Below the pieces are notes generated by a model that was not told the origin of the DNA, did not search any database, and worked only from the letters and a program-made list of their open reading frames with translations. Shown here in pieces: positions 13,243 through 25,914 of a stretch of 53,564 nt of DNA. The DNA lies in the NCBI RefSeq assembly GCF_001194135.2, contig NC_069000.1:10509610-10563173 (forward strand), given 5' to 3'. The number at the start of each line of letters is the position of its first letter. Within the stretch, counting starts at the first letter, position 1. The stretch comes from Octopus bimaculoides (taxonomy: Eukaryota). A program made the position numbers and the translations under genes.

Positions 13243-13859
13243 GGTTGGAAACAACAAAAAAACTTTTTAAATTTTTATCTGATTTTCAAATTATAAATCT
13301 GGCCTTAATTTTTCTCTATAGCAATCTGTTGTCAAGTTTTTGAATGAATTGCAGACAAACACATGTGAATGCTTTATATTATTGAAGAGAGAGAAACCAA
13401 AACTTTGTAAATTATTTAACGTAGATTGATCACCCATCATTTTATGAGTTTAAAATTAAAACAAACTTTACACAGACTAAATTTTACTTATATATAAAGT
13501 CATANNNNNNNNNNNNNNNNNNNNNNNNNNNNNNNNNNNNNNNNNNNNNNNNNNNNNNNNNNNNNNNNNNNNNNNNNNNNNNNNNNNNNNNNNNNNNNNN
13601 NNNNNNNNNNNNNNNNNNNNNNNNNNNNNNNNNNNNNNNNNNNNNNNNNNNNNNNNNNNNNNNNNNNNNNNNNNNNNNNNNNNNNNNNNNNNNNNNNNNN
13701 NNNNNNNNNNNNNNNNNNNNNNNNNNNNNNNNNNNNNNNNNNNNNNNNNNNNNNNNNNNNNNNNNNNNNNNNNNNNNNNNNNNNNNNNNNNNNNNNNNNN
13801 NNNNNNNNNNNNNNNNNNNNNNNNNNNNNNNNNNNNNNNNNNNNNNNNNNNNNNATCTT

Positions 13860-14210
13860 TCTGTTCATCATAAAATGTGTCCCTATAAAAAAATGTTCTG
13901 AACCCTATAAACATTTCAATCCCCTTAAAAAAAAATTTACATCTCCCTTTAAATATCAAAAAGTTTTTGAATTGCCATCTAAAATTTTTCTGCTCTTCCT
14001 AAACAAAATTGTGTCCTATCTATTAATTTTCTGCTCTTACTAAAAACTTTCTATTCGGACTAAAAATTTTGAGCACCTATTTAAAATCTCCTGCTCTCAT
14101 TAAATAGTTTCTGTTCCTACTAAAAATTTTCTGCCCCTACTGAACATTTTATGCTTCTCCTAAAAATTCTGTGCCTCCGAAAAAATTTTCTGGCTTTCCT
14201 AAAAATCATG
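13860..14210. repeat. Degenerate ~21-bp tandem array
   Basis: CTAAAAATTTTCTGCTCyT-like unit recurs roughly 15 times. Confidence 0.65.
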
Positions 14211-14537
14211 CATTACCTGTAAATAAAATGGTGACATGGGTAATAAAATTTCCTGAATTATCAGAAAAATATTATCAAGAATATATAAATATCACATTCA
14301 TAGTATCTTTTATCTTTTACGTCTTTCAGTCATTGAACTGTGGCTCTGCTGGAGCACTGCCATGAAAGGTTGAGTTCAACAAATCAACTCCAGTGCTTAT
14401 TTTTAAGTTTGCCACTTATTCTATTAATTTTTTTGCTGAACCACTATGTCATGAGAACACGAACAAGACAACACCAGTTGTCAAGTGGTGGGGGTGACAA
14501 AACACACACACACACACACACATACATTGACATTTAG

Positions 14538-14649
14538 CAGAGGCATCAAAGTGACTCAGGGGCTAAGAGTTTCGTGCATTAGCACTTATCAAAGTAATAA
14601 GCATCAATGCACAAAACTTTTGCCTCTTGAGTCACTCTGTAGCTCCTGA
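14538..14649. mobile_element. Palindromic MITE-like element
   Basis: AGTGACTCAGGGGCTAAGAGTTTCGTGCATT pairs imperfectly with AATGCACAAAACTTTTGCCTCTTGAGTCACT; inner CTTAT/ATAAG. Confidence 0.6.
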
Positions 14650-14724
14650 AAATATATATGCATGTACTCATGCTTTGAGTTCTAGTCTTTCCATTTGCAT
14701 CACCAAACCAATAGCTATCTACCT

Positions 14725-14970
14725 AAGGTGGTGAGCTGGCAGAAACATTAGCACAAGGCGGTGAGCTGGCAGAATCGTTAGCATGCTCGGCGAAATGCTT
14801 AGCAGTATTTCGTCTGCCATTACGTTCTGAGTTCAAATTCCGCCGAGGTCGACTTTGCCTTTTAACCTTTCGGAGTTGATAAATTGAGTACCAGTTGTGT
14901 ACTGGGGTCGATCTAATCGACTGGGCCCCTCCCCAAAAATTTCGGGCCTTGTGCCTAGATTAGAAAAGAA
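14725..14970 (+). mobile_element. SINE-A, near full length, with 30-bp tandem duplication of the 5' end
   Basis: AAGGyGGTGAGCTGGCAGAA at 14725 and 14755; B-box-like GAGTTCAAATTCC; (TATC)n tail. Confidence 0.9.
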
Positions 14971-14982
14971 TATCTATCTATC

Positions 14983-15293
14983 TGGAGGCATACTTAACTC
15001 TTTAGCATTCAGATTACTCTGTCAAATGTAATGCTTATTTATTCATGCATTACCTTGTAGCTTTGAGATTTCATTGATGCAACAGTTTATTTCTAGAATG
15101 GCATTGTAGGGTAGGAGTAAGAGCTCAGATCTATATACACAGAAAATTGAAGCAATGGAATTGTGAAAAAGAAATTTGTAATGATGATGGCAATGACGAC
15201 AACAATGACGACAACAATGATGACGATGACGATGATGTTGATGATGATGATAATAATAATAATAATAAAAATAACAACAACAACAATAACAAT
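14983..15293 (+). repeat. Local duplication copy 1 (truncated TTAAC-type MITE plus GAT/AAT/AAC microsatellite)
   Basis: Identical to 16583-16903 apart from AAT unit number; start offset exactly 1600 bp. Confidence 0.95.
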
Positions 15294-15298
15294 ATCTA

Positions 15299-15329
<31 letters not shown>

Positions 15330-15418
15330 ATCTATCTATCTATCCATCTGTCTATCTATCTATCTGTCTATCTATCTCTCTCTCTCCCTGTCTCTCTCTT
15401 CCTCTCTCTCTCTCTCGC

Positions 15419-15490
<72 letters not shown>

Positions 15491-16582
15491 CATGTGTGAA
15501 TGTGTGTGCATGTGTGTGTGTGTCTGTGTATTGTGTGCGTATGCATATATGTATATATATATATATATATATACTGATATAAAATATAATTGTTTGCCAT
15601 CTTCTCAATCTGCCAACGTATCAGATTGACCATCAGCAGAAGTGAGCAAAAACTTGGTGTGAATCTGCTGTCATATTTATCTTAAATATGACAAACATAC
15701 ATCGACGGCTACATACTGCCAACATAAGTGTGTGTATTGACCACTTTTATGTTTTTTATAAGAAATGAAATGTAAACAGTAGCAACGCTCAGATGCACGC
15801 ACACATACACACATGTACACACCAGCTTATGCACACACATATCAAAATGGATACATACACACCGATGCATATGCATAGGCAAAAATAAACGCATACATAG
15901 AGAGAGATACACACATGTACATATAGTTGTGGGATTGCATAGCTTGCTTTGCGACCATTTGGTTTTCAGTTCAGTTCCAATGTCCACCAGCTTCAGTAGG
16001 TGTCATCTACTCTACCCTTGGAGTGACTAATACTTTCTGAGAAAATTTTGGTAGAAGAGAACTTCATTTAATACATAACTATGTATCCAAATTTTTTTAT
16101 TTTCTGTTTTAGATTTATCGTATTTTTTATTAGTTTTTTTTTTTTTTTTCTGTTGGTTTGAAATAATAGAATTCCTAAATTCTTATTAGATGTTTCGAGA
16201 CCTCCACAGTCTTACTTTCAAGAAGTGGCATCTGTGTTGTTGCTAATATACTGGTTGAATTTCTGTAGAATTTCCTTTTAAAGGTTCATTCTCAATGGCA
16301 GAAACAATAGAAATTTTGATAGAGAATGTATATAAACATCTCCAAAATATAGCCATCCACAATGCAGCAAGCTTATTAAAATAACTACTCCTGATATGCA
16401 CAACTGAAGTGTTTGTTTGTTACTCACAAGGTATTTTATATAAACATTAGAAGAAATAGCCATGGGTTCATCATTAGGACCTATGTCTGCTGCATTCTAC
16501 TTATCCACAGCAGAAAACAGAGTAATACCTAAACATAAACACATGATATAGACAAGGTACATAGATAATATGATAGTTGTAA

Positions 16583-16849
16583 TGGAGGCATACTTAACTC
16601 TTTAGCATTCAGATTACTCTGTCAAATGTAATGCTTATTTATTCATGCATTACCTTGTAGCTTTGAGATTTCATTGATGCAACAGTTTATTTCTAGAATG
16701 GCATTGTAGGGTAGGAGTAAGAGCTCAGATCTATATACACAGAAAATTGAAGCAATGGAATTGTGAAAAAGAAATTTGTAATGATGATGGCAATGACGAC
16801 AACAATGACGACAACAATGATGACGATGACGATGATGTTGATGATGATG

Positions 16850-16880
<31 letters not shown>

Positions 16881-16903
16881 TAACAACAACAACAATAACA
16901 ATA
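16583..16903 (+). repeat. Local duplication copy 2
   Basis: Matches 14983-15293. Confidence 0.95.
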
Positions 16904-16920
16904 ATAATAACGATAACAAA

Positions 16921-17123
16921 TTTTTACCACAAGGGCAACTTTGGGGAGGGGGATTAGTCAATTACATCAACCCCAGTGCATAACTGGCACTTATTTAATC
17001 GACCCTGAAAGGATGAAAGGCAAAGCCGACCTCGGTGGAATTTGAACTCAGAATGTAGCAACGGGTGAAATACCGCTAAGCATTTTGCCCGGCATGCTAA
17101 CGATTCTGCCACCTCACCACCTT
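16921..17123 (-). mobile_element. SINE-A copy
   Basis: Reverse complement aligns with 14755-14960 over its whole length; 5' end abuts an (AAT)n array. Confidence 0.9.
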
Positions 17124-17125
17124 CG

Positions 17126-17255
17126 TAATAATAATAATAATAATAATAATATTAATAATAATAATAATGCATACAATGAGCTTCTCTGCCCTATGTGTAT
17201 GGAAAACACTTGGCAAGAAATGGAAGAAAATTTGAAGAAAGAAGAAAAAAACATG

Positions 17256-17287
<32 letters not shown>

Positions 17288-17419
17288 CACAACAATAATA
17301 ATAATGATAATAATAATAACAACAACAACATCAGTAACAACAATAATAACAACAACAACATCAATAACAACAACAATAATAATAATAATAATAATAACAA
17401 CAACAACAACAATAACAAC

Positions 17420-17455
<36 letters not shown>

Positions 17456-17460
17456 TATGA
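17126..17460. repeat. (AAT)n/(AAC)n compound microsatellite
   Basis: Read directly; source of the poly-N/I/T pseudo-ORFs. Confidence 0.9.
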
Positions 17461-18173
17461 CAGTGATAATAAAACTGACAATATGTGAAAGAAACAAATA
17501 ATAATGGACTACAAAATAGAGAATCTCTCAATAAACATTCGTTGTCAACTAGATCACCATTCTTGTCATCAAATTCAACATTCTGGTATCTGAAAGAAAT
17601 CTTATATCTTTTTTTTTTTTTTTTTTTTNNNNNNNNNNNNNNNNNNNNNNNNNNNNNNNNNNNNNNNNNNNNNNNNNNNNNNNNNNNNNNNNNNNNNNNN
17701 NNNNNNNNNNNNNNNNNNNNNNNNNNNNNNNNNNNNNNNNNNNNNNNNNNNNNNNNNNNNNNNNNNNNNNNNNNNNNNNNNNNNNNNNNNNNNNNNNNNN
17801 NNNNNNNNNNNNNNNNNNNNNNNNNNNNNNNNNNNNNNNNNNNNNNNNNNNNNNNNNNNNNNNNNNNNNNNNNNNNNNNNNNNNNNNNNNNNNNNNNNNN
17901 NNNNNNNNNNNNNNNNNNNNNNNNNNNNNNNNNNNNNNNNNNNNNNNNNNNNNNNNNNNNNNNNNNNNNNNNNNNNNNNNNNNNNNNNNNNNNNNNNNNN
18001 NNNNNNNNNNNNNNNNNNNNNNNNNNNNNNNNNNNNNNNNNNNNNNNNNNNNNNNNNNNNNNNNNNNNNNNNNNNNNNNNNNNNNNNNNNNNNNNNNNNN
18101 NNNNNNNNNNNNNNNNNNNNNNNNNNNNNNNNNNNNNNNNNNNNNNNNNNNNNNNNNNNNNNNNNNNNNNNNN

Positions 18174-18483
18174 ATTTTCGAGCGAGATCGTTGCCAGTGC
18201 CCCTGGACTGGCTTGTGCGGGTGGCACATAAAAGACACCATTTCGAGCGTGGCCGTTGCCAGTATCGCCTGACTGGCCTTCGTGCAGGTGACACGTAAAA
18301 GCACCTACTACACTCTCTGAGTGGTTGGCGTTAGGAAGGGCATCCAGCTGTAGAAACTCTGCCAAATTTAGATTGGAGCCTGGTGTTGCCATCCGGTTTC
18401 ACCAGTTCTCAGTCAAATCGTCCAACCCATGCTAGCATGGAAAGCGGACGTTAAACGATGATGATGATGATGATGATGATGAT
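18174..18483 (+). mobile_element. Family C 3' end with (GAT)n tail
   Basis: Ends CCATGCTAGCATGGAAAGCGGACGTTAAAC(GAT)n; matches 7405-7736 and 27040-27332. Confidence 0.9.
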
Positions 18484-18786
18484 ATCGTCATCGTCAAAAT
18501 GGTATCTCCATAATCTTCAGATTAAAACTATTCACATCAATCTGTTTGAAACCAATCCTGGTTCTAAGATAGAAAACCATTTATTTTAAAGTGCTTATAT
18601 CTAACTTTAAGTATTCCATCATAATTCGGTGTAATATCTTTTTGTTAATTTAAATTCCAAATTACAGCTTAATAAAGAACGTGTCGTTTATTTTGCTTAA
18701 TAATTGCAAATGTCTGATTATTTTCACTACTAACTATAATCCTCAGGTAGCATATTTCATTAAGTATATGGTTACAAATGGTTTTA

Positions 18787-19172
18787 GTGGAGGTGCAATG
18801 GCCCAGTGGTTAGGGCAGCGGACTCGCGGTTATAGGATCACGGTTTCGATTCACAGACCGGGTGTTGTGAGTGTTTATTGAGCAAAAACACCTAAAGCTC
18901 CAGGAGGCTCCAGCAGGGAATGGTGGCGAACCCTGCTGTACTCTTCCACCACAACTTTCTCTCTCTCTTACTTCCTGTTTCTGTTGTGCCTGTAATTCAA
19001 AGGGTCAGCCTTGTCACACTGTGTCATGCTGAATCTCCCCCGAGAACTACGTTAAGGGTACACGTGTCTGTGGAGTGCTCAGCCACTTGCACATTAATTT
19101 CACGAGCAGGCTGTTCTGTTGATTGGATCAACTGGAACCCTCGACGTCGTAAGCGACGGAGTGCCAACAACA
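18787..19172 (+). mobile_element. Full-length tRNA-derived SINE-D with 13-bp target-site duplication
   Basis: A-box TGGCCCAGTGG (18799-18809), B-box-like GGTTTCGATTC, (CAA)n tail; TSD ACAAATGGTTTTA at 18774-18786 and 19173-19185. A tail fragment recurs near 40805-40850. Confidence 0.9.
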
Positions 19173-20240
19173 ACAAATGGTTTTAAAAGATCGAAATATA
19201 AATCTGCAACTAACTCTCTCTGGTGTTCTCACCTCAGTCGAATGTCATAGATATTATTCTATATTGTAGAATATAGCTTTGAACTGTAACTTTTCTCTTT
19301 ATTTTCAGATTAACAGATGAAAAAAAAAAAATGTATACTGATCTGCAGTTCCTTTGATCCATTTGTCACTGCTTAGTCAAAGGTAACATCCATATCTACT
19401 ATGTGTTGTTGATACAGTGAGGTTGTCGTCTTTATTCTTTCCATATTGTCTAACAATGCCAATGGTTTGAAAGTATATGATGAAACATTCAACAAAGAGT
19501 ATTTATGGTAACACAAATATTAAGTTTTCATTAGCATTCAATATACAAAATATAGACAAAGATATTGTGCTAGTTGCTGAATATTCACCAACATTGGAAA
19601 GATCTAGAAGCTTGGAATGATGCATCTGTATAGCAACAACAAAACTAAAAGTTATTCCTATCAAGTATAAAATATAACGATTTCTTTTATTATTATTTTT
19701 TTTACTCTCCTATATCAAGCCATCACCAGAGACATGTCATGAAATTGTAAATGACATTAAATATTGTGAAATACATCAATTTATCACTGCCAGTATTCAC
19801 ATACTTAATGGAAACGGTTTTAGGTTGAAGCTGGCTGCTGTTTTAGGAATAAATCTACTGGGATACGAGACGTTTTGGCACAGCTGTTTTGCCGTTGCCT
19901 GTTTGGCGTTGCTGATTCGACTCTGATTTATTTGACATTAGATGTTTTCATGTTTCTCTTGCCTCTTTTGTTCTCGCTCTCTCTCTCTCCCCCTCTTGCT
20001 CTCCCTCCTCTTACTCTCCCCCTCTTGCTCTCCCCCTCTCTCTCCAATTCTCTCTCCTTCCTCCTCTCTCTCATTCTGTTTATGTGTGTGATGTGAACAT
20101 CTGGTTACGTTTGTATGTATGAATAATGTCTCTCTTTCTCTCCTCTCACTCACCTCTCCCTCTCTCTCTTTCTGTCTGCATGTATATATTTCTGCACATG
20201 TGTGTGTGTGTATGTTTGTGTGCATGCATGTGTGTGCATG

Positions 20241-20364
20241 ATCACAAAAGCACAAATTTCATGTTGGCTCTTCCATCACAAAAGCACAAATTTCACGTTG
20301 GCTTTTTCATCACAAAAGCACAAATTTCACGTTTGCTCTTTGATCACAAAAGCACAAATTTCAC
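20241..20364. repeat. 34-bp minisatellite, 3.6 copies
   Basis: ATCACAAAAGCACAAATTTCA starts at 20241, 20275, 20309 and 20343. Confidence 0.95.
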
Positions 20365-21121
20365 AACTTGTAAAGTAAACACAGATACTATCTCGTATAT
20401 CTTTTGTCAGTCTATATCAATGAAAAATATAAACACCAGGAAAAAAGACCTTTCTGTAAAATGAAGTGCTTTCAATTGAACTTATAGATACATTTTTTTA
20501 ATCCTTTGTCATCAGAAATGCAATGAACCTGCGAATGACCCATCGGAAACATACAATCAACAACACTATCGCTCACAAATTGTGATATAAAAATAAAATA
20601 AAATGAAATAAATAAATCAATAAATAAATAATGCAATTACCAGATAGCTGAATTTTCAATAGACAGGTGATGTGTCATCCATATTCTAAGAGATATTGCA
20701 TCGTTAGTGTTTGGCAATTATGTTCTCTAATAGGTGTTTTATTTCCATTCAAACAAGCTGTTTTTGTGGCTTGCTTGGAGAATAAGTCATTTCTTATTTT
20801 TGTGGCCTGCAGAAATGGCTGGAACATAGATTGATTCCTTAATGAGGCTGCTAACATTGGATTAAGTTGAACTCTTCTTGAACTCACATTCGCAGTTATG
20901 TTTCTTTGAGAGCTGATGTCCTGGCATGCGGTCACATGTTGTACTAATAAGCAGTCTACCACTGTTCATTCATCTGCATACAACTGGATAATCAGGTACA
21001 GTGTAGTTCAATAAGTGTTAGCATATTTCAATATTTCAAGCAATGAGAATTAACCTCCCCTGCACAAGAACCCTGCAATACTCCATTGTGCACATGTGCA
21101 TTTGAGGCACAGGAAATGAGT

Positions 21122-21200
21122 TACAATATATACTCACGGATAGGTCGCACATTCTTTTACCAAAAATTTTGATAAAAATCCGGGGTGTGACCTATCTGCT
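21122..21200 (+). mobile_element. Possible Tc1/pogo-type transposon terminus
   Basis: TATATACTCACGGATAGGTCGCAC...GTGTGACCTAT internal inverted pair resembles pogo/Tc2-like ends; no partner end found. Confidence 0.3.
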
Positions 21201-23200
21201 CGACATCACAGGGATCTGAAGTAGACAGCAACATATCAGTAGACCAGGCATATACTCTGGGCCCGGGCTTTTCAGTTTTCAAGTTGTTATGGAAACGTTT
21301 TTGTGGAATCTGTTTACTAAAAAGTAGAAACTGGGAATCTGCGTGTTGGTCTTTTTGATAACATTGATTCACTCTGATTTTTAGTTTAAAAATTTTAATA
21401 ATTTTAGAGTGGCTGTGTGGTAAGTAGCTTGCTTACCAACCACATGAGCCAATGTGCTGGAGGACTGCGCCATGCTCCAATGTCAGCTTCAGTATGGTTT
21501 CGACAGCTGGATGCTCTTCCTAACACCAACCACATTACAGAGTGCACCAGGTGCTCCCACCCCTCCACTTTTTTTTTTTTTACATGGCACCAGCCACTTA
21601 GTGAAGTCACCAAGTAACTCGCAAGACTAAGACCCGACCACTTCGACCGAGAGACAGAGTAGTGGTACAGAAGGAGGTGGTTTTAAGCCAGGTGACAAGT
21701 GATTAAAACACGATAGAGAGAGACAGAAACAGGTGTCTTGCTGTAGGGGAGTCTATCATAATCAGATGCTGGAATGCTATTTCAGTGTTTTAATATTAAA
21801 CAGAAATATGTACATTGTATATACAGTGATATATCTTCATCATCATCATCATCACCATCATCATCATCAACATCATCATCAGCGTTATCGTCATCATCAA
21901 CACCACCACCACCATGACGACGACGACGACCATCATCATCATCTGTTATCGTCGTCATCGTCGTCATTATCATCATCATCATCATCATCATCACTCTGTG
22001 TTTTAACTGAAATGTTCCCGAGATTATTCATTCATTCATTCATTTATTCATGTATTGTATGGAAATAACTCTACCGCCAACTCTTCAAATCCAATTATCT
22101 ATTGTAATCTATATATTCCACTTCTCTCTTTTTAGCATAGAAAGAGGGAAAGATAGAGAGAGAGAAAGAGAAAGAAGCGGCAAAGAAAGATGTGCACATG
22201 AGAGAGAGAGAGAGAGGGCAAAAGAAAGAGAAAGAAGGGGAAAGAGGCAAAGAGAGATGTGTGAATGAGGACATAAGAGAGAGAGGGAGGATAAAAGAAA
22301 AAGAGAGAGAGAGAGAGGGTGGAGAGAGAGAAACTACATATATGTAGTCATCCAATATGATTGCTAAAATAATTTAATTTCTCTCTCTCTATCTCTCTCA
22401 CCCTCTCTCTCACCCTCTCTCTCTCTTTCTCTCTCTCTATCTATCTATCTTTCTCTCCCCGTCTCTCTTTCTCTCTCTTCCTTTCTCAACAAGCTAGCTA
22501 CCTCCTCCATCTCAAGTCCTTAATTACAGCCCAATAAGACATAACAGGCCTAGTAAAACTGCAATAAGGGCCCGGAAGCATACTTCAAACTCATGCTTGT
22601 AGTAGCAAATGCGACAAGCAATACCCACCCCCCAAAAAAACTAACAAGGCATGCACAACAACAACATACTTGAGAAAGATAAAAACACATAAAAATAAGA
22701 AACAAAACTCCAGTCTCACTATTCTTTCCAGAAGTCTATGCAACCCAGCTACAACCCCTTCACCCATTCCCAAACACTATCATTGGGAGAAGCCTAGAAA
22801 TCATGCGACACAGGCTGGTATAAAAACAATACAGATAACACACGAAAACATGCACAACAGTATTACAACTTATATCTATTTAGTTGATATCATGGTTCAT
22901 TTGAGCACATTTTCTTGCAGTTAGGAACCATAAAATGTTTAATGTTTTTCCCTTCAGTGAGAGACAGTAACAAACTGCTTACTGTCAGTCATTTATCTGA
23001 AGAAATGAGTCTGAAGATTTGCTTCTCACTGAATTTCTTAACTTCATTCCTTGTTTTCTTGTTTCCTTGTATCTGTTCCTCTTGATTGCCTTATCTACTT
23101 CATTATTCTACCACTGTGTCACTCACTGCTTTGCTCCACACAAAACATCTCAGTGACTTACTGGAATTTCTTGTTGCCTTCTATGTTAAACTTTCTGACT

Positions 23201-23300
23201 CAGTGGTTCTTAACCAGCGTCCATATGACCATTGGGGGTCCATATAAGATTTTGTTGTTAAAATTTATGCTCAATAAATTGCTTACACTTCAATAATTCA
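23201..23300 (+). mobile_element. hAT/Charlie-like MITE left part
   Basis: CAGTGGTTCTTAACC terminus; shares internal sequence with 4408-4470. Confidence 0.55.
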
Positions 23301-23336
23301 TAAAATATTTTAATTTTTTTATGCAATTCTTAATAA

Positions 23337-23686
23337 GAGGAGTGGCTGTGTTGTAAGTAGTTTGCTTACCAACCACATGGTTCTGGGTTCAGTCCCACTA
23401 CGTGGCACCTTGGGCAAGTGTCTTCTACTATACCCTCAGGCCAACCAAAGCCTTGTGAGTGGATTTGGTAGACAGAAACTGAAAGAAGCCCATCATATAT
23501 ATATNNNNNNNNNNNNNNNNNNNNNNNNNNNNNNNNNNNNNNNNNNNNNNNNNNNNNNNNNNNNNNNNNNNNNNNNNNNNNNNNNNNNNNNNNNNNNNNN
23601 NNNNNNNNNNNNNNNNNNNNNNNNNNNNNNNNNNNNNNNNNNNNNNNNNNNNNNNNNNNNNNNATGTATATATATATATGTATATC

Positions 23687-23745
<59 letters not shown>

Positions 23746-23860
23746 ATGTATGTATATGATTGTGTATCTGTGTTTGTCCTCCCAACATCAATTGACAACT
23801 GATGCTGATGTGTTTATGTCGCCATAACTTAGCGGTTCTGCAAAAGAGACCCCAGTACAT
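23337..23860 (+). mobile_element. SINE-B with central (TA)/(TG)/(TATG) tract partly in gap
   Basis: Head GAGTGGCTGTGTTGTAAGTAG...GGTTCAGTCCC; 3' part GACAACTGATGCTG...GCAAAAGAGACC. Confidence 0.9.
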
Positions 23861-23866
23861 AATTGC

Positions 23867-24002
23867 TACTTAATTTATCAACCCTGAAAGGATGAAAGGT
23901 AAAATCGACCTCGGCAGGATTTGAACTCAGAACGTAAAGACAGATGAAATACTGCAAAGGATCTCGCGTGGCATGCTAACGATTCTGCCAGCTCATCGCC
24001 TT
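23867..24002 (-). mobile_element. SINE-A 5' half
   Basis: Reverse complement aligns with the SINE-A head. Confidence 0.85.
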
Positions 24003-25504
24003 AAGTCGCGTGTAATATTGCAACTATAATATAGGGAGAATGTAATAGTTAGACAAAGAAATACAGTCAAAGACAAAAACGATGCAATGCCTTGGCTGCA
24101 ACATCAGAGCCAAAGTTGAAATTACTATTTCACGATGTGATAAGGATTCGGATCTTTCTATAAAAGGTGATTGAGAAGTGAAAGTAATTGAATATGGCTG
24201 AAAATTGAAATCCGAATGGAAATAGCCATGCAAATGAATAACGAACTTCTTTCTTCCCCAGCAGATCCTTTTGAGTTTGCCAAACAAGCAAAGGCTGTAG
24301 GAAATGGAGAAAGAGTTAGAGAGAATGGAGAAAGAGAAAGAGTTAGAGAGTAAGGAAGACAGGAGGTAAGATAGAACAATAGATAGACTAACAGACAGAC
24401 AGATAAATAATTATGTGCGTGTGTGTGTGTGTCATATGTGTATGCGTGTGTATATTTGTGTGTGTGCGTGTGTATGTGTGTAGGAATGGCTGTGTGGTTG
24501 ATAAGGCTTTAGGTATAGTTCCACTGCATGGTGAAGGCATGAGTAACAGCTTTTTGTTATATTTCTACTGCTTTTAAATAAAGTATATATATATATATNN
24601 NNNNNNNNNNNNNNNNNNNNNNNNNNNNNNNNNNNNNNNNNNNNNNNNNNNNNNNNNNNNNNNNNNNNNNNNNNNNNNNNNNNNNNNNNNNNNNNNNNNN
24701 NNNNNNNNNNNNNNNNNNNNNNNNNNNNNNNNNNNNNNNNNNNNNNNNNNNNNNNNNNNNNNNNNNNNNNNNNNNNNNNNNNNNNNNNNNNNNNNNNNNN
24801 NNNNNNNNNNNNNNNNNNNNNNNNNNNNNNNNNNNNNNNNNNNNNNNNNNNNNNNNNNNNNNNNNNNNNNNNNNNNNNNNNNNNNNNNNNNNNNNNNNNN
24901 NNNNNNNNNNNNNNNNNNNNNNNNNNNNNNNNNNNNNNNNNNNNNNNNNNNNNNNNNNNNNNNNNNNNNNNNNNNNNNNNNNNNNNNNNNNNNNNNNNNN
25001 NNNNNNTATATATATATATATATATATCTTCAATTGTAGAATTCACCTTACAAAGCCGACAATTGTTTCTATTCTATTAACATGTTTAGATATAGAAAAT
25101 ATCACTGAAATTAATATAATCGAAAATACATGTTAACACAACGTTTCCAAGGTGATCCAAGATTATATATATCACCTACATCATCATCATCATCTTTTAA
25201 CGCCCATTTTCCATGCTGGCATTAACAATACATTGGTGGTTCTGGCAAACAACTGGCCAAAACGTTACTGTCAATTTCACACATGGATATTGCCACAAGA
25301 CACAATTCAGTCATGTTAGTCAGAAGCACGTAGCCTTCTGGCCAGCATGTCCAGAAGATGACCAGTGTTGGCATGTCTATTGTCTATAGGCAATATTCAG
25401 AATGATATTGATGGCAACATTCTGACTAGTCATATGCCATAATGTTTGGTGATATAAAAATATATCCCGGCTTTATTACTTAAAATTGAGTGTTGCTTTT
25501 GTTT

Positions 25505-25914
25505 CTAATTTATAGACTTATTCTTTGTAAACCTACTACTTATTCTATTGGTCTCTTTTTGGAAAAAACTGCTAAGTTATGGGGACATAAACACACCACC
25601 ATTGATTGTCAAGTGATGGTGGGGGGACAAACACAGACACAAAGACACACACACACGCACACATATATATGATGGGCTTCTTTCAGTTTCCGTCTACCAA
25701 ATCCACTCACAAAGGTTTGGTCAGCCTGAGGATATAGCAGAAGACAATTGTGGTTGGGGAACAAGCTTCTTACTACTCAACTGCACCTCTGTCTATATGA
25801 TGGGCTTCTTTCAGTTTCCATTTCCCAAATCCACTCAAGGGTTTCATCAGGTTGGGGTTATAGTAGAAGACTCTTGCTCAAGATGCTACACATTGGAACT
25901 GAACCCGGGAAGCA
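25505..25914 (-). mobile_element. SINE-B pieces (two tandem fragments)
   Basis: GATGGGCTTCTTTCAGTTTCC occurs twice (near 25671 and 25799); 3' part matches 6839-6990. Confidence 0.8.

Noticed and set aside
16183-16226. Minus-strand AGAC...GTCTCGAAACATC hammerhead-like fragment
   Set aside because: No recognisable CUGANGA and no stem I pairing.
18787-18860. tRNA genes at SINE heads (also 38160-38243, 49836-49893, SINE-B heads)
   Set aside because: A/B boxes are present but no complete cloverleaf could be built; they continue into repeat bodies, one with a clear TSD.
20241-20364. CRISPR array interpretation of the 34-bp repeat
   Set aside because: Eukaryotic context, no cas genes, spacers 13 bp and mutually homologous.
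20675-20962. 95-aa complex minus-strand ORF
   Set aside because: No motif recognised and no splice signals; possibly part of an old transposon near 21122-21200.
24261-24347. Plus-strand candidate exon (ADPFEFAKQAKAVG...) after TTTCTTCCCCAG
   Set aside because: Runs into a GA-rich simple repeat; no recognisable family.
25131-25147. 17-bp identity TGTTAACACAACGTTTC with the SINE-E HHR 3' half
   Set aside because: Flanks do not align and the catalytic 5' half is absent.
25225-25330. Peptide GGSGKQLAKT...ATRHNSV resembling the zinc-motif region of restriction-like-endonuclease LINEs
   Set aside because: Cysteines absent and spacing wrong; too weak without a profile search.
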